Below, in pieces: positions 49,150-60,462 of a stretch of 64,000 nt of DNA. The notes beneath the pieces were generated by a model, which saw nothing but the letters and a program-made list of their open reading frames with translations, ran no database searches and was not told where the DNA came from. Location of the stretch: NCBI RefSeq assembly GCF_006345805.1, contig NC_043002.1, forward strand, positions 95,046,001 through 95,110,000, read 5' to 3'. This DNA is from Octopus sinensis (taxonomy: Eukaryota). A program made the translations under genes and the position numbers. The number at the start of each line of letters is the position of its first letter. Position 1 is the stretch's first letter.

Positions 49150-49405
49150 TTAACCACTTGATATCCATAGCCTTACAGTTGTTTCACAGCCCCAGAGTTG
49201 AAGCATTGGTGTAACCATGATATTCTGATGATCTGAAGAGCTAACCTTGTATATTTGCATTCATTTGTAAATGTATAATTATATTCTACACTGCATAGCT
49301 TACATATTGGTGAAGACATATAAAACAGTTTATTACGCACTGAAATTATTATTGCATGATGAAGGCTGTGAAACAGCTGTAATCTTACTGTCATCAAGAG
49401 GTTAA
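49150..49405. mobile_element. TTAA-flanked MITE, family 3 (terminal inverted repeats of about 40 bp)
   Basis: Left end TTAA-CCACTTGATATCCATAGCCTTACAGTTGTTTCACAGCC. The reverse complement of the right end is TTAA-CCTCTTGATGACAGTAAGATTACAGCTGTTTCACAGCC. Confidence 0.85.
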
Positions 49406-50364
49406 TTAACTATATTCACCTCTCAAATCTCCTTGCTTTCTATGCTGTATATTCTCATAAAATAGTTTCATTGATTAGATCTCCTGGACTTCAGCTGCAT
49501 GCAACAATGCCTTATACTCCTCCATATTGGATTACTATGTGCTATGATAGCCAGGTTCACTAGAGCAGCTTACTGTGATAGCAACAGGATTCTATGAACC
49601 CATATATTTCACCACTCACACACACTCACACAAATATACAGATGCTTGGAAAAATGAATAGAAATGGCTTTTCTGATAATTTTTCCACTTTAATTATTAG
49701 GTTTTATAGATTAGGTGTTTATATACATCTTATCATTAAAGTGGAAAATTACCAGACAAACTATTTTTATACAATACTGTTCCAAGGACTTTCTATTTCT
49801 TATTCTACTCTGTGCATGTATGTGTGTGTGTGTGTTAGTGTCTATTTACCTGTACTTGCTGTAATAGTTGTAAATGAATGTAACCATCATGCAAGTTGTA
49901 TCCCTTGTTTCCAATTATCTGTTAAAACATATCCTGTCATGGGGAAATATTACTTTATTGGAAATGGGTAGTAGTTAATGACAGAAAAGGCATCTGGCCA
50001 TTGAAAATCTGACCCCACCTAAATTCCATCCACCTTGTGTGAGTATGGAAAAGTGGATGTTAAAATGATAATATAGAAGTCTACCCATCTATTTAGACAA
50101 AGTATGCAAACATTTTGTTTGCTGTGAATATATGAAAATCTACACATATAGACAAACTATGTAAGCAGTTTGTTTGTTATGAGACTATGCAGACACTTTT
50201 AATACAAAAAAAAAAATATAGAATTTTAATGGAAACAAAAACTACATTTTCATTTATAGCAACATTTGCATCTGTTATCTATAATCTGGTAAAAATGTAT
50301 TTTGTATTTTTTTTCTCACCTGAAAAATTTTCTTTGTGATATACATACACGCCCAAGTACCTGT

Positions 50365-50395
<31 letters not shown>

Positions 50396-50465
50396 TACAC
50401 ATGCACACACTCGCATAAATGTTTCCAGGATATTTTCCCTGCTAAAATTAGTGTTAGCCTTGCAG

Positions 50466-50516
50466 ACTTCATGACAATGCCATTGTGGTTTGTTTCATGA
50501 TGCAGTGTTCTACAAG
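50466..50516 (+). CDS. Candidate exon (LHDNAIVVCFMMQCST)
   Basis: Acceptor gttagccttgcag, donor AAG|gtacca. Open only in phase 2-2 and chains with 47365-47394. Confidence 0.2.
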
Positions 50517-51201
50517 GTACCATTCCACCCAGCTACCATTCTATATGATATGCAAGGAAACAATGTACTGATTCCAAAACCAGGAATATGCAATCTTTCT
50601 TTGGAATTTGAATACTTAGAATTAATATTGCGCAATTATCGTTCAGCTCTTCTTTTACAATGTCTGTAGATTCAGCACTTGTAGGTCATCTGTTTCAGTG
50701 CAACTATATTGTGGAAATTAATAACTTTATTGCTTTGAAATTTCAATTTTCTAAATGTTAGTGACTGATAAGACTGGGGCTATATTCATTAAGACAAAGA
50801 AAATCATTTCTCATGAATATACATACATGGCTAAACATGCACACACACACACACACACATATACCTGTATACATGCATACATCATCATCATCATCATTTT
50901 AATGAACAGTTTTCCATGTATGCATGTATTGGTTGGACAGAGTTTACTGCAGTAGATTTTCAACAACTGGATGACCTTTCCTGTTGCTAACCCTCACCTT
51001 TTTCCAAACAAGATAATATTTCCCTATAGCCAAACATATCTTCGCAGAAGTTTAATAACGAAGGAAAGCTTGCATGACAGTTACACTCTTTTAGAACTAT
51101 TACATGGGATGTCAAGGCATCAAGACAGCGAAACACACACACACACACACACACACACAGTCACACACACACACACATATACGATAGACTTCTATCAGTT
51201 T

Positions 51202-51423
51202 TCTTATTTCATTGCCCACAAGGGGCTAAACATAGAGGGGACAAACATAGACAGACAAAGGGATTAAGTCGATTACATCGATCCCAGTGCATAACTGGTA
51301 CTTAATTCATTGACCCCAAAAGGATGAAAGGCAAAGTCGACCTTGGCGGAATTTGAACTCAGAACGTAACGGCAGACGAAATACTGCTAAGCATTTTGCC
51401 CGGTGTGCTAACAATTCTGCCAG
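51202..51423 (-). mobile_element. SINE family A nested in a family-B SINE, with TSD
   Basis: Direct repeat CTTCTATCAGTTT on both sides. The host SINE B resumes to about 51570. Confidence 0.9.
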
Positions 51424-51722
51424 CTTCTATCAGTTTCCATCAACCAAATTTACTAACATGGCTCTACTCAACCTGGGGGCTATAGTAGATATTTGCTCAA
51501 GGTGTCACAAAGTGGGACTGAACCCAGAGTCATGTGGTTGGGAAGTAACCTTCTTAACTACACAACTATATCTGTGTCCTCTGCATGTGTATGTTTGCAT
51601 GCTCGTGTGTGTATCCAACAAACTATAGAAACCAAGCCAAACTATACTAGAACCCGGTGCAGCTCTCCTGCTTACCAGCTCTGGTCAGACTGTCCAACCC
51701 ATGCCAGCATGCAAAATGGACA

Positions 51723-51936
51723 TTAGCCCTTTGGCATTCAGATTACTTTGTCAAATGTAATCCTTATTTATTAACATTGCTTTGGGTTAATCATGCATTA
51801 TCTTGCAGCTTTGAGATTTCGATGACATGATTATTTTGAGAATGATATTGTAGAGTAGGTGTGAAAGGTTGGGTGTAGCACAAAATGGGTAGAATATTTT
51901 GGCCAGATATCGGCAGTTTAAATGCTAAAGAGTTGA
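51723..51936 (+). mobile_element. TTAA-type MITE, family 1, inserted in an RTE 3' tail region
   Basis: CCCTTTGGCATTCAG...AAATGCTAAAGAG, with internal homology to family 1. RTE-tail sequence lies on both sides. Confidence 0.82.
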
Positions 51937-51939
51937 TGG

Positions 51940-52205
51940 TTGCCAGTGCTGCTGGACTGGCTCCTGTGCAGGTGGCACATAAAAAGCACCATTTGAGTGT
52001 TGCCAGTACCGCCTTACTGGCCCTTGTGCCGGCAGTACATAAAAGCACCTACTACACTCTCGGAGTGGTTGGCGTTAGGAAGGGCATCCAGCTGTAGAAA
52101 CTCTGCCAGATCAGATTGGAGTCTGGTGCAACCATCTGGCGTGCCAGTCCTCCGTCAAATCGTCCAACCCATGCTAGCATGGAAAACGGACGTTAAATGA
52201 CAACG
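51940..52205 (+). mobile_element. RTE-type LINE 3' tail
   Basis: Homologous to 38075-38375. Confidence 0.85.
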
Positions 52206-52599
52206 TAGTAGTAGTAGTAGTAGTTGTTGTTTTATATGCACAAACACATTTTCATTGCTGTATAGAAGATTACAGTTAAATTACAGATGATGAAATAGAG
52301 AAACTGATGACAGAAATGAAATATAAGTAAAATAAATGTAACAGGAAGAAATATTCAGCTTCTCTGGAATAGTGAAGAAACTGGTTAAGCCCTAGCTGTT
52401 CATAATCTCAGAAAGGGAAAGATGTAATTTGAATATTGTTCATGGGTAGAAATGAAATCTCTTCGTGAATTTTGGAGATTAACAGAGAAATTTCAGATAT
52501 GTTTTTGCATGTAAATTTGGGTCACCTCTAGACTACTAATTGTTAGATTTAGTCAATAATTATTGCTTCTTTCAGGAATAGTTATCTTTTGTCTGTTAT

Positions 52600-53010
52600 T
52601 GTTTAGTTGTTTCAGTCATTAGGTTGTGGTTATACTGGGGTACCACCTTGAAGAATTTTTAGTCGACTGTATTAAATGTAGTAGCTATTTATTTATTTAT
52701 TTATTTTTTTGTTTAAAATCAGGTACTTATTCGGTCAGTTTTTTTTTTCCTGAATCACTAAGTTACAGGGACGTAAACACACCAGCACTGGCTGTCAAGC
52801 AGTGGTGGGGTAGAAACACATACAAAAAGGCATGCACATGCACACATACAATGGGCTTCTTTCAGTTTCTGTCTACCAGATCTACTCACAAGGTTTTAGT
52901 CTGCTTGAGGTTATAGTAGAAGATGCTTGCCCAGGGTGTGACACAATAGGATTGAACCCAGAACCATATGTGATTGAGAAGCAAGCTTCTTACCACACAG
53001 CCACGCCCTT
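52600..53010 (-). mobile_element. SINE family B (diverged)
   Basis: Co-linear homology to family B. Confidence 0.82.
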
Positions 53011-53394
53011 CTAAATGTTGCAGTATCTCATCATAGTTGTAAATAATCTTTGCCTTTCTTTTATAAACAATCTAAGCTGGAAGTGTTTGTTTGATCACCA
53101 GGAGCTTCATTGTTGAAAAACTGAAAAAAAGTATCTTCAAAACACCACCTAAAACAATGTTTTCTTTGAACAGACAAGTGGAAACAGCTTAATTCTGCAC
53201 TCACTGACCTATCTTTAGTCAGACTGACTGATTTAGTTTTAGTTTGACTGCATTTTGACATGGGATTTGCCAATTCTCTGTATCATAGATATTTGGCTGA
53301 AGCCAAGTATGAAATTTGTGGTTAACTAAGAATACAGCTTCAATTGGTTAATTTCTCATCACAATACATTACATGACTACAACTTTGCAGTTAT

Positions 53395-53440
<46 letters not shown>

Positions 53441-53506
53441 GCATCATCTCTCTCTCTCTCTCTCTCTCTTAGCATCATCTCTCTCTCTCTCTCTCTCTCT
53501 CTTGGC

Positions 53507-53537
<31 letters not shown>

Positions 53538-53540
53538 AGT
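53395..53540. repeat. (CT)n punctuated three times by TAGCATCAT/TGGCATCAT
   Basis: Directly visible higher-order microsatellite. Confidence 0.92.
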
Positions 53541-54594
53541 GCTTTACCTTCTTGCCTATTTTCTTGCTGCTCTTGTTTACCGATTATTTCATTTTTACAT
53601 ATCTCAAAATTCTACTGCAATTTCTACAGCCAGTTATGCACGCGAACATACACACATACATACACACACTTCCACTCTCACTCTACAATCCTCTCACTGC
53701 CACCACCACTCTGTTTTTTACTTTCACTTCCTTCACCCTTCCTACCTCTTCCGTTACTGGTATCTCTATTGTTCACCTTCTCTGTTCATACTGTGAATGA
53801 ATGAACATATCATTGAATAGTCAGTCTTTAGTCATATGGTAGACATACTACACAACTTCACTGGTGTTAGTGCTATGATAAAATGTATCCATTACACTCT
53901 GTGAACTGGCTGGTGAATAAGTGGAGACACCTGTGGAGGAGGACCCTAAAGTGTTGTGAGAACATAACTTTCTTTAGTGCAGGGACCATAATGAAGAGCA
54001 CTTAGTACACTTGATGAAGTGGTTGGTTATAGGACAAAGGACACAGAAACCATGCCACAATGAAATGTATGAGTGAGATGTGGTGTTCCAACCCATCTAA
54101 AAGGGGAGTAAGAATTAATTTGAACTGTGACAACTCATCTAACCCATGCTTGCATGGAGAGTAGGTGCAAAATTATGATGGTGCTTGGTTTTGGGTTGAG
54201 CCCCACTGTGTGAAGTACTTTGGGCAAGTGTTTTCTACTATTGTCTTAGGCCAACTAAACCCTTGTGAATGTATTGCAAAGGCGGATACTGAAAAGAAGC
54301 CTCTGTATGTCTGTCTGTCTGTCCTTGTGTTGACATTGTGCAATAATTAATTGTAAAGAAGTCTTGCTGTCGCACACTCGGTGACATTCATCTGCAATTG
54401 TTCTTGGAAGCACATCAAGCCATGAGTAAATATTACAGTGCTTGGAAACAGACGAGCATTGATGAGAGGAAAGGTTGTAGCCTTTTTTAGTCTCAATGAA
54501 TTCCATCCAAGCCAAACAAGCATGGAAATGTGACATTAAAATGATTATATGTATATGTCAATTTGTTTGTTTGTATGTATGTATGTATGTATGG

Positions 54595-54915
54595 ATGGAT
54601 GGTTACAGCATTGGGCTCACAATCATGAGTTAGTGAGTTCACTTCCTGGACCAGGCTATGTGTTGTGTTCTTGAGCAAGACACTTTATTTCACGTTGCTC
54701 CAGTTCACTCAGTTGTAGAAATAAGTTGCAATGTCACTGGTGGCAAGCCGTGTCTTTCCCACGGATAACATAAGTGGTGTGAGGTATGGAGGCTGGTATG
54801 CATGAGTGACTGCTGGCCTTCCATAAACAACCTTGCCTGGTCTTGTGCCTCGAAGGGGAACTTTCTAGGTGCAATCCCATGGTTATTCATGACCGAATGG
54901 GGTTTTTACCCTTTT
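54595..54915 (+). mobile_element. SINE group C (body 2, tail Z)
   Basis: Homologous along its length to 60721-61045. Confidence 0.82.
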
Positions 54916-55113
54916 ATACATACGAAATATAAGTCATACTGCAGTGATTTAAATTCTTTGATGATTCATTAATGAATAATCAATGTTTTTATACAGATTC
55001 TGTACACTGGGCAAAATGTTTAGCACCTTTTCACTAATTTTCATATTCTGAGTTAAAATTTCACCGAGATCGTCTTTGCCTTTCATCTTTTCGGTGTCAA
55101 TAAAATAAGTACC

Positions 55114-55347
55114 TATTTCTTTACTACCCACAAGGGGCTAAACACAGAGGGGACAAACAAGGAGAGACACACGGATTAAGTCGATTATATCGACCCCCAG
55201 TGCGTAACTGGTACTTATTTAATCGACCCTGAAAGGATGAAAGGCAAAGTCGACCTCGGTGGAATTTGAACTCAGAACGTAATGGCAGACGAAATACGGC
55301 TACGCATTTCACCCTGTGTTCTAACGATTCTGCCAGCTCGCTCGCCT
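55114..55347 (-). mobile_element. Young SINE A inserted antisense into an older SINE A, with a 16-bp TSD
   Basis: CAATAAAATAAGTACC at 55098-55113 and 55348-55363. The host copy spans about 54995-55440. Confidence 0.93.
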
Positions 55348-56728
55348 CAATAAAATAAGTACCAGTTGAACACTGGGGTGAAGGTAATCAACTTACTACC
55401 TCACCTTAAATTGCTGGCCCTATGCCAAAATTTGAAACCTATATTTTTATTCAGCTTCTCCATGTGCTTTTGTGTATAGAATCAACAAGTCCTTTAACTC
55501 ATTGGGGTACTGCAGCTATGCAGCATATCTTGGGAGAGAAAACCTGGCAGAGCCCATTCCTCTCCAGACTAAACTCATTTCTACAGCTGAGTAGACTGGA
55601 GCAACATGAAATTGTTTTGCTCAAGAACACAATGCATTGCCTGGTCCAGGAATCGAAATCTCAATCTTATAATTGTGAGTCCAACATCCTAACCACTAAG
55701 CCATGTGCCTCTGTATATAGAATAGGTCTGCACAAAAATCTTTTAGTCCTATTAGTAGTTGTCACTCTCACAGATCAATCTCAATCCAGATGTTATCTTA
55801 TTTTTTAGATTTTCACAGAATATAAAGATGTTTGTACCTTTTTTAAAGTTTTCTCATGGCTACGCTATAAAACATGATTATAAGTCACAATAATGTAAAG
55901 ATGCTTGCATAATCTGATTCAGTAAATTGCAAACTGCCAAACAATTTACTATGAGCATGAATATATTTATTTATTGCTTTTATCAGAAGAAGATACCTGT
56001 GACTTTTGCAGGGACTCAGTAATGGATGTAACTCAGGGCAGTTAAAACTATGACTCATGGAATATCAGGTTATCCTCAAACTTCATTCATAGTTTTCTTC
56101 ATTTACTCTCTACCCAATTTCTCTCACAAGGCTTGGCTCAATTTGAAGCTTATACTAAATGACAAATGCCCAAGATGCTCCATTGCGCAATGAAACTTAT
56201 CATCGTGATTATAAAATAAGCTTATTTCCCACACAGCCTTTATAACTAAATTTAACTTAAAGGAAATTAATGAGGAAATGGTGTAATTTTTTTTTTTTTT
56301 TTTTTGCAATAAAGTAATAAATTATCTGGAAAACTTAGAATAAACATCTGAAGGTTTATGCAAAAACTCTTTCTTTCTCCTAAATCAAACCTGTATGAGA
56401 AAATTGGATAAATGCATTTAGTTATATTTTTACTTTACTTATGGTTATTTTGAGATATATCAAACATTTTAATGTGTATTTGTAATAGCATTTAGTGATT
56501 AAATAGCTCTTTAGTACAGGTACAATTGAGCCGATCCATGAATATTTCTTTGCATGATCTTTTGTGAAAGCTTTGTAAGCCCCCAAAATAAGATATATTG
56601 ACTAAAGGTCAATGATACATTAGCATTATACTGGCACCCTAATCAAATTTATATGATAATCACCCTGAAAGTCTAATTGTTCAGCATTTTCTGTTTTGTC
56701 ATTAATAGCATTATTTATAGATATGACA

Positions 56729-56770
<42 letters not shown>

Positions 56771-57324
56771 GTAAAAATATTCTTCTTTTACAATGACATT
56801 TTATTTCATATTTTGCCTATTTAAAATATATTAAACAGCAGTGTATAGATGCGCTTAAGTACTTTGTTGTCATGTAGAAAATTATTTATGGCTAAGGAAA
56901 GAGCTATTAACAGAAATTTTGATTTATAGAAATATTATTTTGATAGCTGGATAACTGGAACTGTTGCCGGATCTCAGTTCATGTAATTTGTTTTACCAGA
57001 TATGGCTTTTAAAATGTAAGTTATATCTTTTTTTGATAAACACACGAATTTAGCCTCAGTTATAAAAGGCTGTTTAAAGTAGATTACAGCTTTTCTCTCA
57101 AGAAGACTTGTTTGTAGTCTTAGATCTTTATCAGAGAAAGAATGCTCAACATATCAACAGAGAAATTAATAATTTATGGCTACTTATAGTGCATATAAAC
57201 CATGGTTAAACTAATTTGCATAGCAGTGCATAAACTGGTCAATGTAGATTAAGTCATTTGTAGTCCACAACACTGCATTTTATGATGATTTGAAAACTAA
57301 GTACACCTTTTCTATATAAATAAA

Positions 57325-57720
57325 TTGGTACAGCCGTGGCAGTGTAGGTAAAGAGCTTGCTCCCCATCCAAGTGGTTTTGGGTTCAGTCCCACTGTGTGG
57401 CCCCTTGAACAAGTCTCTTTGTTTGTAGCCTTGAGATGACTAAAACCTTGTGAGTGTATTTGGTAGGTGGAAACTGAAGGAACTCTATTGTGTGTATGTG
57501 TGTGTATATCTGTGTGTTTGTGTTTGTTCCCCACTGCTTAACAACTGGTGTTGGTTTGTTTACATCCCCATATCTTAGTAGTTCAGCAAATGAGTCCAAT
57601 AGAATAAATACCAGACTTTAAAAGTAAGTACCGAGGTAGATCTGTTTGACTAAACCCTTCAGTATGGTGCTATAGTGTGGCCACAACCCTGCGACTGAAA
57701 CAAATAAAAAAGATAAAATC
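57325..57720 (+). mobile_element. SINE family B
   Basis: Co-linear homology to family B. Confidence 0.85.
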
Positions 57721-58113
57721 ATTAAAAATGTACAACTTAGCCTCACTGTGAAAAGCAAAGAAAGAAAGAAACTGTATCACAGGTTTTATGTTACTATATT
57801 TTAAATTACCCCAAAATGTGCACCATGATTTGATAAAAGGATTCACAATATCAGGACATGCATTGTTATGCAAATTAGCCAGACCAGTTTAGTGGAGTCC
57901 TAATTTGTATATACTATAAACTAATCTTTTTTTTTTCAATATAGACAACATGCAAGGTGGTGCTACAGCATGGCCGCAGTGTAAGTAAAAGATAAAAGAT
58001 ATTTTGAATTGTAACTATCTTCTATCTTTTACTTGTTTCAGTCATTGGACTGTGATTGTGCTGGAACACAATTCCGAAGGGTTTAGTCACATAAAATAAC
58101 TCTAATACTTATT

Positions 58114-58545
58114 TTAACCCTTTAACATTCAGCTTTCTCTGTCAAATGTAATGCTTGCTTATTCACACTGTTTTGAATTAATTATACATTATCATTTTGT
58201 GTTGAGATTTCGATGATGTGATTGTTTATTTTTAGTATGACATTGTAGGGTAGGTGTGAGAAGCTGAATATGGCCAGTTTGTACACAAAAGAGGTAGAAT
58301 ATTTGGGCTGGATAAGGCCAGTTTAACCCTTTAGTGTTCAGATTATTCAATCAAACATAATGCCTATTGATTCCCATTGATTTGAATTAATCATGCATTA
58401 TCTCATATCTTCAAGATCTTGATGGTGTAACTACTTAATGTAGAATAACATTGTAGGGTAGGTGTGAGAGCCTAGATCTGGTCAGTTTGAACATAAAACA
58501 GATTAACTATTTTGGCCGGATATGGCCGGTTTAAATACTAAAGGG
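58114..58545 (+). mobile_element. Two stacked family-1 MITEs (58114-58326 and 58323-58545) inside a family-B SINE (58020-58640)
   Basis: The second copy begins at a TTAA within the right end of the first. SINE B sequence flanks both sides. Confidence 0.88.
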
Positions 58546-58688
58546 GTCGAGTCTGGTACTTGTTCTATTGGTCTCTTTTAGAAGACAGGGACGTAAATAA
58601 ACCAACACTGATTGTCAAGTAGTTGTAAGGTGGGAAACAAACACAAAAATAGTCCATCACTGACAAGACCAAGGGAAGTCAAATTCAC

Positions 58689-58736
58689 CTGATCTGGTGG
58701 TCTTGGCACTGGAGGTGGAAGGGATTTATCTTCCCA
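58689..58736 (-). CDS. Candidate proline-rich exon (WEDKSLPPPVPRPPDQ)
   Basis: Acceptor attatattattag, donor CAG|gtgaat, 48 nt, phase 0-0. Locally GC-richer than the flanks and contains a PxxP-type motif. Confidence 0.25.
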
Positions 58737-58892
58737 CTAATAATATAATCTAGACTGCATTTTACACCAAAAGCCAATATGAGAATTTTTCTCGTGGTAT
58801 CTACCACCGTATAGTTCTGACAGAACATCCATATTTAAGTGGGGATAAATATTAACTGTCGATATTAACTCTGCCTCTGTCACTGCCTCTGT

Positions 58893-58935
<43 letters not shown>

Positions 58936-59001
58936 TTAGAAAAAAAACACCTTGGATTTTATTCCCTCAAATAATTATTATTATTAATAAATATATATAT
59001 A

Positions 59002-59928
59002 TCATATAAAAGTCAACGTCTTTGTGTTCATATGTTTGTGTGTTACTTATAGACTCGAAAACTACTGGACCGATCCTAATGAAATTTGGAACACAAAATT
59101 CAAGCCTGGGGAGAAGGGTAATGCTGTATGTTTCATAGAATTTTGAGGGGGCATAAAGGGGATGGGCATACCACCCCCGTGAAAATTCATAAGCTTCAGA
59201 TTTTGATGAAATTTGAACTATAGGTATTAGAAATAAATTTTAAAATATACTCAAAATTTCCATTTCTTTGAATGATTCTAAGACCCCCTAGTGGGGGCTT
59301 AACCTCCGAATTTTAGTCATTTTTCATGGACCAAAATTACTAAATGGATCCTTATGATATTTGGAACTTAGATTCAATGCATAAGGGCAGGCATAATGTA
59401 GTATGCTTGGTTTGAAATTGAGGGGGCTTAAAGGGAGCAGAACCCCCATGAAAATTCATAAATTTCTAATGTTGATGAAATTTCAACCACAGGTAATTGA
59501 CACAAATCAGGAAGTATTCTCAAGGTTTCCACTTCTCATGAGGATTCTAAGACCCCTTCATGGGGGCCTTAACTCCCAAATTTTAGTAATTTTTTATGAT
59601 CCAAAAACAAGGTCAAAAGCACTGAATTTGGAAATTATATTCTGTGCATAAGGGCAGATGTAATGCAGCATATGTTTGAAAAGAGAGGGAACATAAATGA
59701 GGTCATAAACCCCATGAAAATTCGTATATTTTTGCTGTTGATGAAATTTTAACCATATATATTAGACAAATGAAGTAATATTCCTAAAATTTCAACTTCT
59801 TAGGTTAGTAAGACCCCTTAATGGGTGCTTAACCCCCACAATTTAGTCATTTTTCATTAGAGAAAATATAAAAGAAAAGTTTAATTCTTCAATTGCATGT
59901 GACATATTTAACACCGGGTATCTCAGCT

Positions 59929-59930
<2 letters not shown>
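59002..59930 (+). mobile_element. Non-autonomous Helitron with three internal ~270-bp diverged tandem repeats
   Basis: 5' TC(ATATAAAAG) and 3' CGGG..CAG-CTAG, inserted between A and T with no TSD. Internal units start at about 59080, 59355 and 59620. Confidence 0.8.
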
Positions 59931-59974
<44 letters not shown>

Positions 59975-60462
59975 CATGCCAGGCTTCCACACAGTTTCCA
60001 TCTGCCATATTCACTCAAGGCACTGATAGTGTGTAGTGGAATTGAACCTGAAACTATGTGGTTGGAAAAAGAGCTCAAGTATTTAATGCTCAGTTGAGTC
60101 TTCAAAAATCTAATGCCTTATACACTGTTCTTGCTCAACTGTACTTTCACTTCTTATTGTTTTTTATTACTTTGTCTCTAAAATAATTTTCCTTTTTGCT
60201 GCATGTGCTTTGACATGTGAGAGACGATAATTTACAATGGTAATCAACACAATCAGTTAATTTGATTATACATTCAAAGGAATAATTCAAGGAATCAAAG
60301 AAATGTCTTTTACTTTCCTATATTTATTTAACATAGAGTACATGTTACATTTTTTTTTTTTGTTTTCTTTTTCTCATTATTTTAGTCGAAAACTGTTAAC
60401 TAGTATTTAGTGAGGTGTTTGCTAAAAAAATATAATTAATAAAGAAGAAACAATTAGCCTTT

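Noticed and set aside
55987-57015. PHD/RING-like finger from EEDTCDFCRDS plus LDNWNCCRISVHVICF
   Set aside because: The third Cys is misplaced (W in its position), a stop follows within a few codons and the remaining ligands are absent. Probably coincidence.
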